DNA of 64,000 bases from Octopus vulgaris (lineage: Eukaryota): assembly GCA_951406725.2 (NCBI GenBank), contig OX597814.1, positions 184,202,001-184,266,000 of the forward strand. The letters are read 5' to 3'. The notes under the pieces were generated by a model, which had not been told where the DNA came from, ran no database searches, and saw only the letters and a list, made by a program, of their open reading frames with translations. The position numbers and the translations under genes are program-made. Position 1 is the stretch's first letter; the number at the start of each line of letters is the position of its first letter. Below, piece by piece: positions 29,395-43,982 of the stretch.

Positions 29395-29556
29395 GACGGG
29401 CTTCTTTCAGTTTCCGTCTACCAAATCCACTCACAAGACTTTGGTCGGCCCGAAGCTATAGTAGAAGACACTTGCCCAAGGTACCACGCAGTGGGAATGA
29501 ACCCGGAACCGCGTGGTTGGTAAGCAAGCTACTTACCACACAGCCACTCCTGCGCC
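28905..29556 (-). mobile_element. SINE family B interrupted in its TA linker by 29139-29351
   Basis: 3' half 28905-29138 and 5' half 29390-29556 flank foreign sequence. Confidence 0.9.
29222..29256 (+). ncRNA. Minimal type I hammerhead motif in a nested 210-bp element
   Basis: GUUU-CUGACGA-a-GAGC-ucc-GCUC-GAAA-CG-UU-AAAC; palindromic ACGU stem III. Confidence 0.75.
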
Positions 29557-31504
29557 TATACAAATATTTATCTGCAAAAACTCTACTGTTATTCAAAATC
29601 GATTTGAACAGCTTAACATGAAAATTTTCTTAGTTAACATTTATTGTATCCAGACAACTGGATTTGTATTTATATATGTTCGTAGATATCTCTATATTAC
29701 ATAAATTCAGTTACAGAAAAAAAATTTATATGTGTTCCTATCTCCCAATCCCTTTGATTATCAACAATCTTTATGTGCTTTAATATGCATATTTCTATAT
29801 CTTTGTTTTGAAAACCAACTCGCACCGCATTTATGGCGAGGGCTGTATTGGCAACGTTGAAAAACGGTTCTGACTACTAAACACAGTTGTCAAATCATAT
29901 CTATGAATGATACTGAGGTAATTGCTGTTGTATTTTATCTATCATTCTCCAAAACAACAATTGTTATGGGATATTAATGTCAGTTCCATTGGTCTCCTCG
30001 AGGGAACACATTATCAGTTAAGAAAGACGACAATTGTTAAATTGGATCGATAAAAGAAATATCTTTCTAAAACTTTATTGGGTGAAATACAAAACTAGGT
30101 TTGTCTAAATTTAGAAAACATTGATTATCTATCTTAAGCTTGTTATGCTGCCAAAACGGGTGGAATAATAGCGTTTGAACGTGTGCAATTATACTTGAAT
30201 TACTCTTTTGAGTTCCATGTATTTCCAAACAAAGGAAATACATGAATACATGCATTTTCTTTCTTGCTGTCTCTGTCATTCCCTTTGTCTGAACGTATGT
30301 CTCTGCTTATATGTTTGTCTTTGTCTCTCTCTCTCTCTCTCACTCTAGCTTCCTATCAATCAACCTTCATTTTTTTATACATATATATAATCACGCACGA
30401 TTCGAACACACACAAAACGAAAACTGAAAACTATAAACGCAATATTTAAAGATAAGAGAAGTGAGATACTGAAAAGCCAACAGAAAAAATAAATAAGGAG
30501 AGAAAAGATAAAGAGAGGAGAGGAAGATGAAATGAAAAGAGAACGATATTATTTTTATTGATATTTGTTTCTTTAGCGCATAAATTTCGAAATTTCGATG
30601 GTGAACTCGGAAGTAATTTTCACAATTTCTAAGTTATGTTTTTACGCAAGCACACGAATTTCTACTTTCGAACTCATATATGATAATCATATTGTTGAAA
30701 TGGAGAAAAAAGAAAAAAGAAGAAGAAAACTACAACTTAGTTTAATACAAGGATAGACTGGTGAATTCGTCACACACACGCACACACATATAGATATAAC
30801 TAAATAAGATTCGGATAAATATATATGTGTATGTATAACGGAGTAGTCTTGTTATTTATATAAAGGGGAAAATCACAAACTTAGTAAAGAGCTGAATGCT
30901 TTGAATGCTGAGTATCAAATCTTTTTTTATGGAATGTTGAGAGAGTTACTATTGTGTTTCATTATTGATGTAGAATTCTTCAGAACATTTGGCAAATGTT
31001 CCTAAATTTGCATATATATAACATGGAGCGACAAGTAAAAGTGGAGAAAACATAAAAAAAGAAAATAGGAAACGAATGAAGTTAAAGAAAAAAATTAAGG
31101 TGGAGAGAAAATGAGTGAAGTAGGGGGTATAAATAAAACCATTAAATTCTATTTTGAGTCAGAGATATATGGACAAGATATTGATTTAAACTCTTGGGCA
31201 ACATAACCAAATATGTCTGATCGATTAATTGTAAAAAAGAAAAAAAAGCAGGGGAAAGAGAATTGCATATGTTATTTAAGAAAAAGAAGCCGTTTTCTGC
31301 CTGAAAATGGAGAAAAGTGGGGGCAATTTCGAAAATTTCCATTTTGAAAGTCTACTGTTATATCAAAGAACTGATTGAATCCTTATGTACGAAGATTAAA
31401 ACGGCTCGATGTGTAGGGATGGAAGATGATAATTGAATATTGTACTTGAATAACTTGTTTCAACATTTAATCGTACATGATAAGTGTTAGCCTTACTGAT
31501 ATAC

Positions 31505-31535
<31 letters not shown>

Positions 31536-31615
31536 TGTATGTATGTATGTATGTATGTATGTATGTATGTATGTATGAAAGCATGTATGTATGTGTTTGT
31601 GCATGTATGTATCTG

Positions 31616-31647
<32 letters not shown>
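31505..31647. repeat. (TATG)n/(TA)n microsatellite
   Basis: Directly visible. Confidence 0.9.
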
Positions 31648-32610
31648 CTTCACACTAATGTTTGTCTCTGTGTGCGTAGAATATTGGAATATAGGCGGAA
31701 ACAGACCTAAATTTTCAAGGCAAAGAACGTTGAAGTACACATGGTAGAGCACAATAATTTAGGCGAGGGGTCTGAATGGGAGGTACACTGATTTTGACGT
31801 GTGATATTGTAGCATATACGAATTTTGTGAACATTTATTTTTATGTAAAATGCATGGAAAGGAATAATTTAGAACGGGTTTTTTATGCATCGGCTGCGTA
31901 GTATTTGAAAGAAATTAAGGAGCTCTTTCAGTGCAATTTTTTTAAGGAGTGAAGGATAGCAGATTTTGCGGATGAGATCGTATTGGCTAGGATCCACAAC
32001 GACTAACGAAAATTCAGGAATGAAGGAACTTGTATACTTTACGCTTCATTAATGCTTCGGCTACTTTGCTAATGGTTATCTTACAGCATTACCGTGATGC
32101 GGGATTTCCTTAAAAGCTAGCTGGCAATACCTTTTATGTATATACTTGAATGTATTGTGCGATATATGGAGACACGAAGACATATACGCATGAGTTCGGT
32201 AAAAGTTTAGCAGTGAAGATGGACAAAAGTGAAGTACATTTTCTACTAAAAGTTTATTCGCATTTCGGCCAGAATAAATGACTTGATTTGCATTACTACT
32301 GCTGGTGTGTTGCTTTTTTAGGTCATCTCAAAACACTACTGTTTATATGAGCACACAACACCAGAAACAGTGAGGCATTTAACACTATTGTGCAAAATCT
32401 CCCTTTACTAACAAAGATGAACGACATCCTGAAAACGTAAAAGAGGAATAAAATGCCGACACAAAAATAGCTTTACGTATAATCAAATGAAAAGTATATG
32501 AAAACATACCCCACCCCCAGTATGTAATCTCTTAAACAATTACGAGGAAGATTGTTAAATGTAGTTTTAATAGAACAATATAATAATATTAGATTAGATA
32601 CGGATATACA

Positions 32611-33017
32611 GGCGCAGGAGTGGCTGTGTGGTAAGTAGCTTGCTTACCAACCACATAGTTCCGGGTTCAGTCCCACTGCGTGGCACCTTGGGCAAGTGTC
32701 TTCTACTATAGACTCCGGCCTTGTGAGTGGATTTGGTAGACGGAAACTGAAAGAAGCCCGTCGTATATATGTATATATATATATATATGTGCGTGTGTGT
32801 TTGTGTGTCTGTGTTTGTCCCTCTAGTATTGCTTGACAACCGATGCTGGTGTGTTTATGTCCCCGTCACTTAGCGGTTCGGCAAAATAGACTGATGGAAT
32901 AAGTACTGGGCTTACAAAGAATAAGTCCCGGGTCGAGTTGCTCGATTAAAGGTGGTGCTCCAGCATGGCCGCAGTCAAATGACTGAAACAAGTAGAAGAG
33001 TAAATGAGTAAAGAGAG
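32611..33017 (+). mobile_element. SINE family B, full length (tRNA-like head, internal TA/TG linker, stem-loop + (GTAAAAGA)n tail)
   Basis: GGCGCAGGAGTGGCTGTGTGGTAAG (A box)..GGGTTCAGTCCC (B box)..CCTTGGGCAAGTGTC..CATGGCCGCAGTCAAATGACTGAAACAAGTA. Confidence 0.92.
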
Positions 33018-33782
33018 ATACCTAAATTCAAGAATAAATGTAAAGAATATTTCCTTTAAAAGGATTATACAGGCCACATATTAAATAAAATAAATGTTTA
33101 AATCCTGAACACTAGAAAAAAAATCCAATTATACCTAAAGATAAGAGTATCTTATTGTTATCTCCCCTTGAATTCAACCTCTCAAATGATATCAGTGTCG
33201 AAGAATTTTTTTTAGAGTACTGTATTTTATTCCCATAATACTTAGCCCAGTACAGAAGGTGCAGCCATTTGCACAGGTTAAAGGAGTAAACATCCAGATA
33301 AGTAGTCTTCCTTTATTAATTATGGTAAATAGTTTCATTTACTAGTTCTATTCAATTAATTTATAACATATATAGAGTTTTTTTTTTACTTTTTAAATAT
33401 TATTCACTTACGTTTGACATAATAATGGTAATATATACTAGTATTGATAGGGGTAAATTTCACAAATTATCAATTCCCGTAAAGTTTATATAGTTAGGCG
33501 TTTTAATTTACCGTGGTTATAAAATAGTCGATGAGGGTTTCTTTATGTTTAGTACTTTCTATAAATATATATATATATCGCTATTATATTTGCAGGTGTT
33601 TAATTTTATTAAATTTTAATGAATTTTTTAAAGTTTATAATTTTTTAATTTTTAAAATCTTGTAAATTTTGTAAAAATATATTAGGAAGTTATATATATA
33701 TACATATATTTTTATTTTTAATGAGGATATGTCAGAATTTGTATGATTAAGTTGGATCCGTTAATAATAATAAGAAGAAATA

Positions 33783-33863
33783 TAACCTGAGGACGTAATG
33801 GTGGATTTATGTATTAGGTATAGCCTGTAAAATAAACCACCAGGGCAGAAACGGCGTTGATTA
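33783..33863 (+). ncRNA. Decayed hammerhead-like motif next to (TA)n
   Basis: CTGAGGA..TGGTGGATTTA...TAAACCACCA..GAAACGGCGTT; stem I and the base of stem II are imperfect. Confidence 0.4.
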
Positions 33864-33898
33864 ATATTATCTTTTTTCTCCACAGACTAATAACAGGT

Positions 33899-33946
<48 letters not shown>

Positions 33947-34198
33947 TAAATATTACTTAATTAATTCTAATGTACCTTATTTTATTGTACGTTATAGTAG
34001 GCTTTAAAAAGATTATATTATAAGATTAATATTTTGGATGAAACATTCTATGTGTACTCCATATATGTATCTATATACATTGATATATATATGCATAAAT
34101 ATATATATATACACACACACATACATATATTCATATATATACGTATATATATTTAGATATATACATATACAAATTTATATATATATATATATATATAT

Positions 34199-34330
34199 AT
34201 TTACCTGCCAATTCTGTACAAGACATTGTAGATCTTTAGCTGGGCTAAAATGTCACATTCGATCACAGCACCAATAACGGTTAAGATTCGTGCAATGGCC
34301 ATACTCGATAACGAGGGGGCAGCCATCATA
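34199..34330 (+). mobile_element. RTE-clade LINE extreme 3' end inserted in (TA)n
   Basis: [24 protein letters not shown] is the C2H2-like ORF2 terminus of RTE elements, followed by a short 3' UTR. Confidence 0.75.
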
Positions 34331-35022
34331 TATATATATATATTCTTTTAGTCGTTTCAGTCATGCGGCTGTGGTTATGCTGGAGTACCACCAAATATCC
34401 GCAGCCGCGTAATAGCCACTTTCAAGCTTTTGAAAGTGAACTCTGGTCTTTAATTAAGGACAAACATATCTCGCCTGTCTATGTCTTTCAGGTGTTATAA
34501 TACCTGGCGCACAGGGAGAACATTTTCCACCAACCCAAATCGAGACCTACCGGCAAACAGCCTGATTGTACGCTGTGTATATGTGGTTGATATCTCTGTC
34601 TCTCGTATATATATATATATATATATAACTCGTAGGGGAAACAGAGGGAGAGGGACAGAGCTGAGGGGGATAATAATGAGGTAGATAAACAAATCATGCA
34701 GCCGGAAAAGACGGACAAGACATGCTACCTACTATCGACGATAAAGCAATAACTCATCGAACTCTCAAATACTTTTATATCGAACGACGACTTTTTGCAT
34801 GATTTTCCATCAGTTCAATTTACTTCAAAAAGATACCAAAATATAAATCTTAAGGCAAGCCAGAAGATTTAAAAAGATAAACTCGAAGCAATAAATTTGA
34901 TTTCTTGCTTCAGTAAGACTCTCCTAGCTTTGATCATTTCATTGGTACCATTCACATATTTTCTAACAGAAATTACACATGCATGTAAAGCCATATATAT
35001 ATATATATAATATATATAGTGT

Positions 35023-35054
<32 letters not shown>

Positions 35055-38000
35055 TGTATGTATGTATGTATGTATGTATGTATGTATGTATGTGTGTGTG
35101 TGTGTGTATGTGCGTGTGTATTTATATTTATATATATATATATAGAGAGAGAGAGAGGTAGACTCGTGTATTTACCTAAACTTACGTATGCATTCAAATA
35201 CATATACACAAACATAAACACTCGCGCACATACACATGTATATGCACATATAGTATGGCCCCCAACAGAACTAGTGATTTAAAGAAGTATGTTTTATGTA
35301 TAATCAAACTATTTATTTAAATTAGTATACGCTATGCATAATTTATTCATAAAACCTCTCACTTGTATTCATTGAGATGAATACCTGGTGTCGACTTGGA
35401 CATGAGCAGAGAGAAAAATTCCTGACTGAGCGGATCATCGCATAGTATTTGATTTACGACCCGTCCAATTTGTTGCGAAACTTTTATTATTCATTATAGT
35501 AGATACTCTGTGGAACACGAGAAAATATTTGCTGACATTGTCTCTTTCTTTTACATAAAAATGATTTCTTTACAGCAAAATGCTCAATGGAATGAGAATT
35601 ATGATCCATTGTCATTTGTTGATCTCTTAAAAAAATGCGAGAAAGTTTGTTGCGGCATAACATTCATGAGTATTAACTATAATACACCAACTCAGAAGAA
35701 TGATTAATCATGCAGAGTGATGCCTTGAATCAAAGATTTTGAAATGTTTCAGTAAGTGGGGGGAAATGTGTCAATACAATAGTGTCGATAGCTTTTGCGA
35801 AGTTGAAAAACAATAATCAAAAATGGTCCATGATAACTTAGAGAAGAATATTATCAAAATTTGTAAAACCAAATTCCAAAGTGATACACCAGATGCCTAT
35901 ATTAGTAGTTAAATGGGATTTCTATCGTAATTGGGTGGGATTCTAAGGTTTTACAAAACACCATTTCGGGAAACAAGCATCTTTCAATGTTGCTGTAATC
36001 ATGTATGATGGTTCGAACAAAGAGATTTGTAAAGAGATATCATCATGGCGAGACTTCATAGACACAAAAAAGCATGACAATTATTGAAGGATGGCATAAC
36101 TGCGTAATATTAACTGAAGAGCAAAGAACAATAATAACGTAATATAAACACGGATAGTAATGTAACATACTTGGAGCTGTTACAGAAATACAAGGTGGAT
36201 ATTTTGGCTGGTACAAAATTTTAAAAGATTTAAAAAGGAATAAGTGAAGCTGCACGGAGTTGGGGCCGGTAAGCTTCATTACATCTTTCATTTTTCATTT
36301 CATCTTGTTTACATACGTTGTTTCTTTTTTGTTTTCTTTTTCTTTGTTTCATGTCCCCACATGTTTTGTATTGTCCCCCTTCAGTGTGTACCCCTTGTGG
36401 GAAATAAAAAATTTAGTTCGTAATCTAGTCTTCGAAGTCCAGGTACATTTTACAGTTCGAGTTAGTGTGTTGGAAATATTGATTGTTGGTTCGTAAAAGA
36501 TTGTTAGTTCTTTGCCGCTGTGTCTATTTTTTTTTGCTGTTATAACTCTCTTACAGTGTATTCTTTATCTATTGTCGACAATATCAACAGTACTACGATA
36601 TTGGAGGCGTAAGGATATAACACCAACTATTTTAAAGCATTCAATATGAAGTTGATCGAAATATTAAAATATACTGCAAAGAATCAAAGGTTTGTTTACT
36701 GAAATGAATATCAGAAAAGAGATCTACAAAATTTGAGATATATTCATAAATTCTAAACTGCGATAAACCTTACACAATAGAAGATTTCAATATCTCTATT
36801 TTTACTAATCTTGATGGAAGATATCAAAGTATAATTTGAATGGTTTTTGAACAAGGTAACTACCCTTTAGATGATTAGCATCGTCTGAAAGATTATGCTC
36901 ACAGCCTAAAGGATTGATTACTTTTTTCTAAGATCAATTTTATTAAACCATACACATTTTTCGAGCATCACTTTATTGACAGCGATTATATTTACATTAC
37001 GGATATTAGCTGCAAACTGGTACATGTAATTCGAGATTGTGGATTCACTTTTAGAAATAAAACACCTTTAATGCCAGGTTTTGTGTATGAATCTATAGTT
37101 AGCTTATTTTGTTATATTTTGCAAAATGGCTTATTGTTTGAACGCAGGGTTATTTCCAGACGATTCTTGATAAGCACACCTTATATTAAATATAAATAAA
37201 ACAGGTGCAGCAGCTATCATGTATATAGTTATAAGACATTCCTCGTCTTGAGAGAAAGTAACGAAACTGAAACTGAGTATCCGGCAACAGAAACGTGAGC
37301 AATCTGATAGCGCCATTTGTTTTCACCGTAGAGAGAAAAAAAAACAGAGAGCGGGGAGACAAAGGAATTCCGATGACAAGAACATTTCCAAATAATGTTG
37401 AAACTATCGAATGAACGAAAAATAGTAAATAGTAAATCAATTTTGGGACGTGTTAGAACGTCAGGGACTGAATAGTCTAATCCTTTGTGCTTATATATAT
37501 ATAAATATATGTATGTAAGAAGTTAGTGAACAAGGATTATTTGGTCTTAAAACTTCACCGTGTTATTTAAGGATCACCCCAAAACGATGTATATATGTGT
37601 TCGTAATTCCTACGTACTATCCCCAGCATATGTAATCTAGCATATGTTTGTGGCAAATGCACACCTTTTGTTCTTGGATGTTAGATGTACATTGTCTCTT
37701 TGTTTAGCACTATTGTCTCGCACTTAGGCATCATTATCTTAGCTAAATCTGCCGTAAAATTTCGGATCCGATTTCTAGTCGAGGAATAAACATGCTATCT
37801 TGATGTGCTCTTTATTGTGGCAATGGATAAGGCGTTGTTAAATCAATTTCGGAAACCATGTAGAAAGGTAATAAGTGCACTCTTTTCTCCTTTCGCTTAT
37901 ATATATTTATATATATATAATCACATACAGCAGCACCATGAAGTTCTCTTTTCGTTATGAATTCCGGATAATAAAATTTACATTTGCACGAGTAATAAAA

Positions 38001-39052
38001 AACGTTCTAAATGTTCGTTGCTTTGGGTGTGGCTCTAGTGACCTTGCATATCATAAAGATAAAACGAAAAGTGCTATTTTCATATAAATGTAGCAATAGA
38101 AGCCAACGTTTTTGCTGAGATTTGCAGTTGCAAAGGTTATAAAAGCAAATAAAATTGATATTGGTTTTTTTTCCTGCTGCACCTTTTCAGGAATTTATGG
38201 GTACATATTAAAATACCAGTGTCTGTGAATCTAGTTGATATTGAGTGAAATCTAAAGTTTACTGTTTTACGAAATTGCTTATCTGGTTCAAATACTCTCG
38301 AGCAGACTTTACTAAATTTACAGACAAACACATACACATATACACACATACCAACTCGCACACACATGCACTCGCGCGTTTGTGTGTTAAAATAATATTG
38401 GGCTTTTAATCAATTTTAATATCAACGAAACGTTTACTGATGGTGTTCCTTTGTAATGTGTCCTAAAAATGTCTTCATATGCGTTACCTTCGGTGACATA
38501 AAATGAATGATACATCAGATTACTTTCAATTCTGTATTGAGATTTCACCAGCGTCTTAATAGCATCTATAGGGACATTGCATATAAACTCGCGCGTTAAG
38601 CGATTTGTTTAAATATTATATAGTATAATACCGAGTATACCAGTAAAATTTAATGAATTGTATGTTATAGACAAATGTAAAATTCTTCGTAAAATATCTG
38701 TAAATACCTCACACTATCTACACCTGTCTACTGCTTAAATTATTAGCTACAACCTATACACTTCGGTGTATATTGTTGAAAAACAATATTAACAAACTAG
38801 TAATTTATTAGTCGAATTAGTAGTTAAATATCTTATGTAAATTAGTCTCTCATGTACTTAAACTATTACTAAGCAATATCCGTGTGGACAGTTGAAGATG
38901 ATACTCAGACAATAAAATCTCAAAGCAGTATTGTAATTAGTCTAATTCTTCGCCTTTTTGTCCAGTGTATTCATTTGTCTACTACATACACAGTTGAGTA
39001 AAATCATTAGATATATTCTGTAGCACATAATATATGTGCTAAGAACACGGTT

Positions 39053-39433
39053 CTCTCTTTTACTTGTTTCAGTCATTTGACTGTGGTCATGCTGGAGCAC
39101 CGCCTTTAGTCGAGCAAATCGACTCCAGGACTTATTCTTTGTAAGCCCAGTACTTATTCTATCCGTCTCTTTTTGCCGAACCGCTAAGTTACGGGGACGT
39201 AAACACACCAGCATCGGTTGTCAAGCAACATTGGGGGAGGGGACAAACACAGACACACAAACACATACATATATACATATACATATATACGACGGGATTC
39301 TTTCAGTTTCCGTCTACCAAATCCACTCACAAGGCTAAAGTAGAAGACACTTGCCCAAGGTGCCACGCAGTGGGACTGAACCCGGAATCATGTGGTTCGT
39401 AAGCAAGCTACTTACCTCACAGCCACTCCTACG
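39053..39433 (-). mobile_element. SINE family B, full length
   Basis: Reverse complement of 32611-33017. Confidence 0.92.
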
Positions 39434-40957
39434 GTTATTGATAAATTCTAAATGGTATAATATCCTACTGTTTAACAGCAAAGTACAATGGTCATATAAA
39501 GCCATTCGCCTAACCTACTAAGATAAATTGGGTTTTGTTGCAATTCCTGAAGAATCTTCTTAGATTGTTGATCCAACAATTCCCTTATTTGTTCCATAAG
39601 TAGACTTAGGTCACATGATTATATGTGAAGGAATTCATGCAAAGTTTTCAACATAGAAGACGTTGTTTATTCTAAGACAAGCAAATACAACTTTATAGTT
39701 ATAGGAGTAGCTCAAACGATCAGATATCCCATTATCAAACACATTCAAAACTGTGTAGCATTCTTGACTTGTTATACGCTGATGCTGTAAGCGTCGACTT
39801 GCCGTAGGTTATCCATCACAACGATATAAATTTCTAATCTAAAACCTGTCAGATCCTGTAAGATTCGAAGAAATATGGATTTGTTTGTTATCATGTAAAT
39901 GTTTGTTTGGAGCAGTAGATTATTTGTGAAAGTCAAATGCTTTTAGAATATAATAGCCTTGCATTAATAAGCTATTAATCTTAAGACACCATTCCTAAGT
40001 TGAATGATAGTGATCAGGACGGCTGTCAGCCTATGTGTGATGTATACATGCGGGTAGAGCAGACGATAGTGGCTGAAACAAATGGAAACAAATCTGACAA
40101 TGTTATAAAGAATGATATCAGCTGAATGGTCTCTTTTAAGCAATAATCATTGTAATTGGAGTTCAAGGGTTGGAATTTAAACAAAAATGTGTATACAGTG
40201 CTTTTATAAATGATATAAGGCGCGGAAAATTTTGGAAATAATCCAGAAAAGAAATTGGTTCAGATGCAAATGCGTCAATGTACACATGATGGAAGACCAT
40301 TTGAATATTGCTTTTATAAGGCCGTTCTATTGCAGCGAAGAGAATGGGTGTATACATAGTATATGCGTATGATGTATGAATAATTGTTTCTAACAGAGGC
40401 AAAAACTACGAAATTTTTGGGAAGATATGATAAGAGTAATCGCCAAAGTACTTGATCATTACTTGATTTTATTCTCCGAGAACGGTTTAAGGCATTTCAG
40501 TTGCTACTCTTAGTGATTACTAACGGTAACGACAAAAAATGTCGCGTACGAATCTTCTATCAATGTACAATACGAGTACACACATATGAATACACAAATA
40601 CACACTGGCCCATATGCACACACTATGAAAGAAAAAAACAATAGCATTCGCCATTTTGGTTGTCTTCATTAGCCCCAGCACAACCATACTGAAAGGCTTC
40701 CGTGAAAATCCGAGTAGCCTTAGTCAAAATAATCAACTTTATACAAATAAACAAACACTAGCGAATCTATTCATTACTCTTTTTCACGTTCGTATTCCAA
40801 AACTGAATATCTACATAAACAAATGATGTATATCTATGTGTGCGTATGTAGAAAAAAATGGAAAGTGTACAGTGCTTCATTTAGACTTTTTTTAATTAAA
40901 AATGTTTAAAGACAACTGGTTTTACAGATGTCTTTGATTTTCAAAAGTTGAGAGGTA

Positions 40958-41360
40958 GGCGTAGGAGTGGCTGTGTGGTAAGTAGCTTGCTTACCAACCA
41001 CATGGTTCCGGGTTCAGTCCCACCACGTGGCACCTTGGGCAAGTGTCTTCTATAGACTCCGGCCGACCAAAGCCTTGAGTGGATTTGGTAGACAGAAGCT
41101 GAAAGAAGCCTGTCGTATGTATATATATATGTGTGTATGTGTGTATATGTTTGTGTGTCTGTGTTTGTCCCCCACCCAGCATCGCTTGACAGCCGATGCT
41201 GGTGTGTTTACGTCCCCGTAACTTAGCGGTTCGGCAAAAGAGACCGATAGAAAAAGTACTAGGCTTACAAAGAATAAGTCCTGGAGTCGATTTGCTCGAC
41301 TAAAGGCGGTGCTCCAGCATGGCCACATTCAAATGACTGAAGTAAGAAAAAGAGAGTAAA
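40958..41360 (+). mobile_element. SINE family B, full length
   Basis: Same head, core and tail as 32611. Confidence 0.92.
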
Positions 41361-42734
41361 GAATGAAAAAGACCGGGAACTACAGTACAGTTGTCTTGCT
41401 TCTGATTGTATTTCAAAAATTGCCTTGTTTTTATAAAGAGAACATGGCTCCAATTAATGTGTTTTGGATAAGTTTTGATTTGTCGAGGATGATCACGTGA
41501 TCCGGATCTGGTTTAGAAATTTTTCTAAGTTCTCCACTAAATCCATTATTTAATGTCATGATAATATATTTGGTGCTGTCAGTTGAAGGTGTCACGGTTG
41601 TGTGAATATGACTAGTGATAATCCATCAACGCTGTCTGAATTCTGTCGGTCATATGTAGGCTACAAAGAAACAACGACTGTCCATTCTACCAGTTGACAG
41701 ATTAAACTTAGAAAGCATTATTTTCGGACTGTCACTCAAGCAACTTTGATTTTCGGCACAAATATATAGTCACACGTTATTAACGCTCGGTCGTAGTGGG
41801 GATCCTACAAGAGTTTCTAAGATTTTTTATCACCTGATCATTCTCTACTACATTTGGAAGATAAAATTCAGACAACCTTAACAGCCATAACAACTGAATC
41901 AAAACTGAACATTATAGCCCATCCTACACAGACAATACCAGACAGCAGACTACTATAACACATTTTAGCTTAATCAGTACTCGGTACTGTAATGCGAACA
42001 ACTCATACCACTCATATCCTACCCAATTACCACTCAATAATGTAACACAACTCACAATTCTCAAGGCAAAAACTGTACACCATATCTTACACTAAATGAC
42101 ATAATAGAATAACTCACGTATCGAATATCAAACACAATTCGCATTGCATATGCTATAAATTGTATAAACTAGGGTATTCGTCTATGACTGACAAGTATAT
42201 TCAATTTATTGTAATTAATGATACACGCCGTACAGGGTCAGATGCCGAAGTTTATTTTAAGATGTCATAACATCAAACTGGACACTGGCTATGTGACAGT
42301 AATTTAATCGAAATAAATGCCAAGAAAACATCAGTTATGAAAATTAGTTGTTCAGATACATAAAAATATACCTACCTATCTACCCACTCACACACACGTT
42401 TATAAATACGTAGTTCACGAAGTACAATCATAACGACCTTTGAAACTTTAGTCCGTTTGACTTCTCTTTTCTCTGTCGACGGTGGAATTGTATTTAAAAA
42501 GACAGTCATTTACGGCTGAATGATATATTTGATTAATTAAGATTAATTACGTTCGCAGTGCAAACTCAGATCTACAGTTTTTTCTGTTGTGTATCATTGA
42601 ATCAGAATTTGCTTAGAGCATAAATAACAAAAGTGAAGTGATATAACCTCAAACAGGAATCTAAACTGCTTTTTCTCTTTCGCGATACGGAAACCTGTGA
42701 TTTTTTTTTTATGTTACGCCGCTAATAATCAAGT

Positions 42735-43590
42735 GAAGTCAAATTCTGGCAGCTTTTGAGGGGAGGAGCAAGCCAGTGACATCAACCACAGTACTAAATA
42801 GGTACTTATTTATCGACCCTGAAAGGATGAAGGGCAAAATCGACTTTGGTTGAATTTGAAATTAGAACGTAAATATGAACGGAATACCGCTAAGCACTTT
42901 GGCCAGCGTGCTAACAATTATGCCATCTCACCGCCTTTTTCCTCATAGTAATATCCTTTCTACTAAAGTTACAAGGCCAGAAATTTTGTGGGAAGGGGAC
43001 TAGTCGATTACATCGACTCCAGTGTTTCACTGGTATCTTATTTATCGACCCCAAAAGGATGAAAGGCAAAGTCAACCTCGGCGGAATTTGAACTCAGAAC
43101 ATTAAGACGGACTTGCTAATAATTCTACCAACTCGACGCCTAATATTATTAGTATATTACCTATTTCTTTATTGCTCGCAAGGGGCTAAACATAGAGGGG
43201 AAACACAAGGACAGACAAAGTGATTAAATCGATTACATCGACCACAGTGCGTAACTGGTACTTAATTTATTGACCCCGAAAAGATGAAAGACAAAGTCGA
43301 CCTCGGCGGAATTTGAACTCAGCACATTATGACGGACGTGCTAATGATTCTGCCAACTCACCGCCTAATATCATTAGTATATTACTATTAGAAGAAAGGC
43401 GGCGAGTTGACAAAATGCATAGAAGCATTTCGTCCCCCTTTACATTCTGAGTTCAAATTCCCCCGAGATCAGCTTTATCTTTCATCCTATCGAGGTCGAT
43501 GAAATAAGTATCAGTTAAGCACTGGGGTCGATGTAGTCGACTTACGCCTTCCTCGAAATGCTGGCTTTGTGCCAAAATTTGAAACCAATA
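42735..43590. mobile_element. Cluster of SINE family A units: three on minus (42735-43370), one on plus (43398-43590)
   Basis: Repeated TTATCGACCCC..GATGAAAGGCAAAGTC.ACCTCGGCGGAATTTGAACTCAG. Confidence 0.85.
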
Positions 43591-43982
43591 TACTAATTAT
43601 ATCAGGGCACTAAGAATATACTAATTATATCGGAGTACTAGGAATGGCGAAGATCTACACGAACAAAGCCATAAAATAATGATATTCGATGTACATTTGA
43701 GATTTGGTTTGAGGTAGCTTACACTCTCTCCTCTGGTAGTATTTTTAGGCAAATTTGATTTGGTTAGTGGAAGAACATCATATAAAATCTGAGTTAAATA
43801 CGGAGCCATGACAGACTCGAACGAATTTATAAATATCTTCCTCTCCAAAAATATCAATGAAAGTTATTGATGTGACCCGTACATTTGAGAACAATTTATG
43901 AAAATACTACGTAGCGCTCTTTAGTGTTTCGTTTACACGGAATTGTTAGCTCAAATATATTATGCTCACCTGGTTGTGTTGA

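Noticed and set aside
32611-32680. tRNA-like A/B boxes
   Set aside because: SINE heads without a full cloverleaf; not tRNA genes
34426-34472. Hairpins CACTTTCAA/TTGAAAGTG and GTCTTTAATTAAGGAC-AAACATAT
   Set aside because: Resembles a hammerhead 3' half but needs two deletions in the core; insufficient support
35500-36250. Purine-rich stretch resembling decayed coding sequence
   Set aside because: No recognisable motif or sustained reading frame
39480-41850. Possible old transposase or endonuclease remnants (39.5-40.4 kb, 41.45-41.85 kb)
   Set aside because: Too degenerate to assign without a profile search
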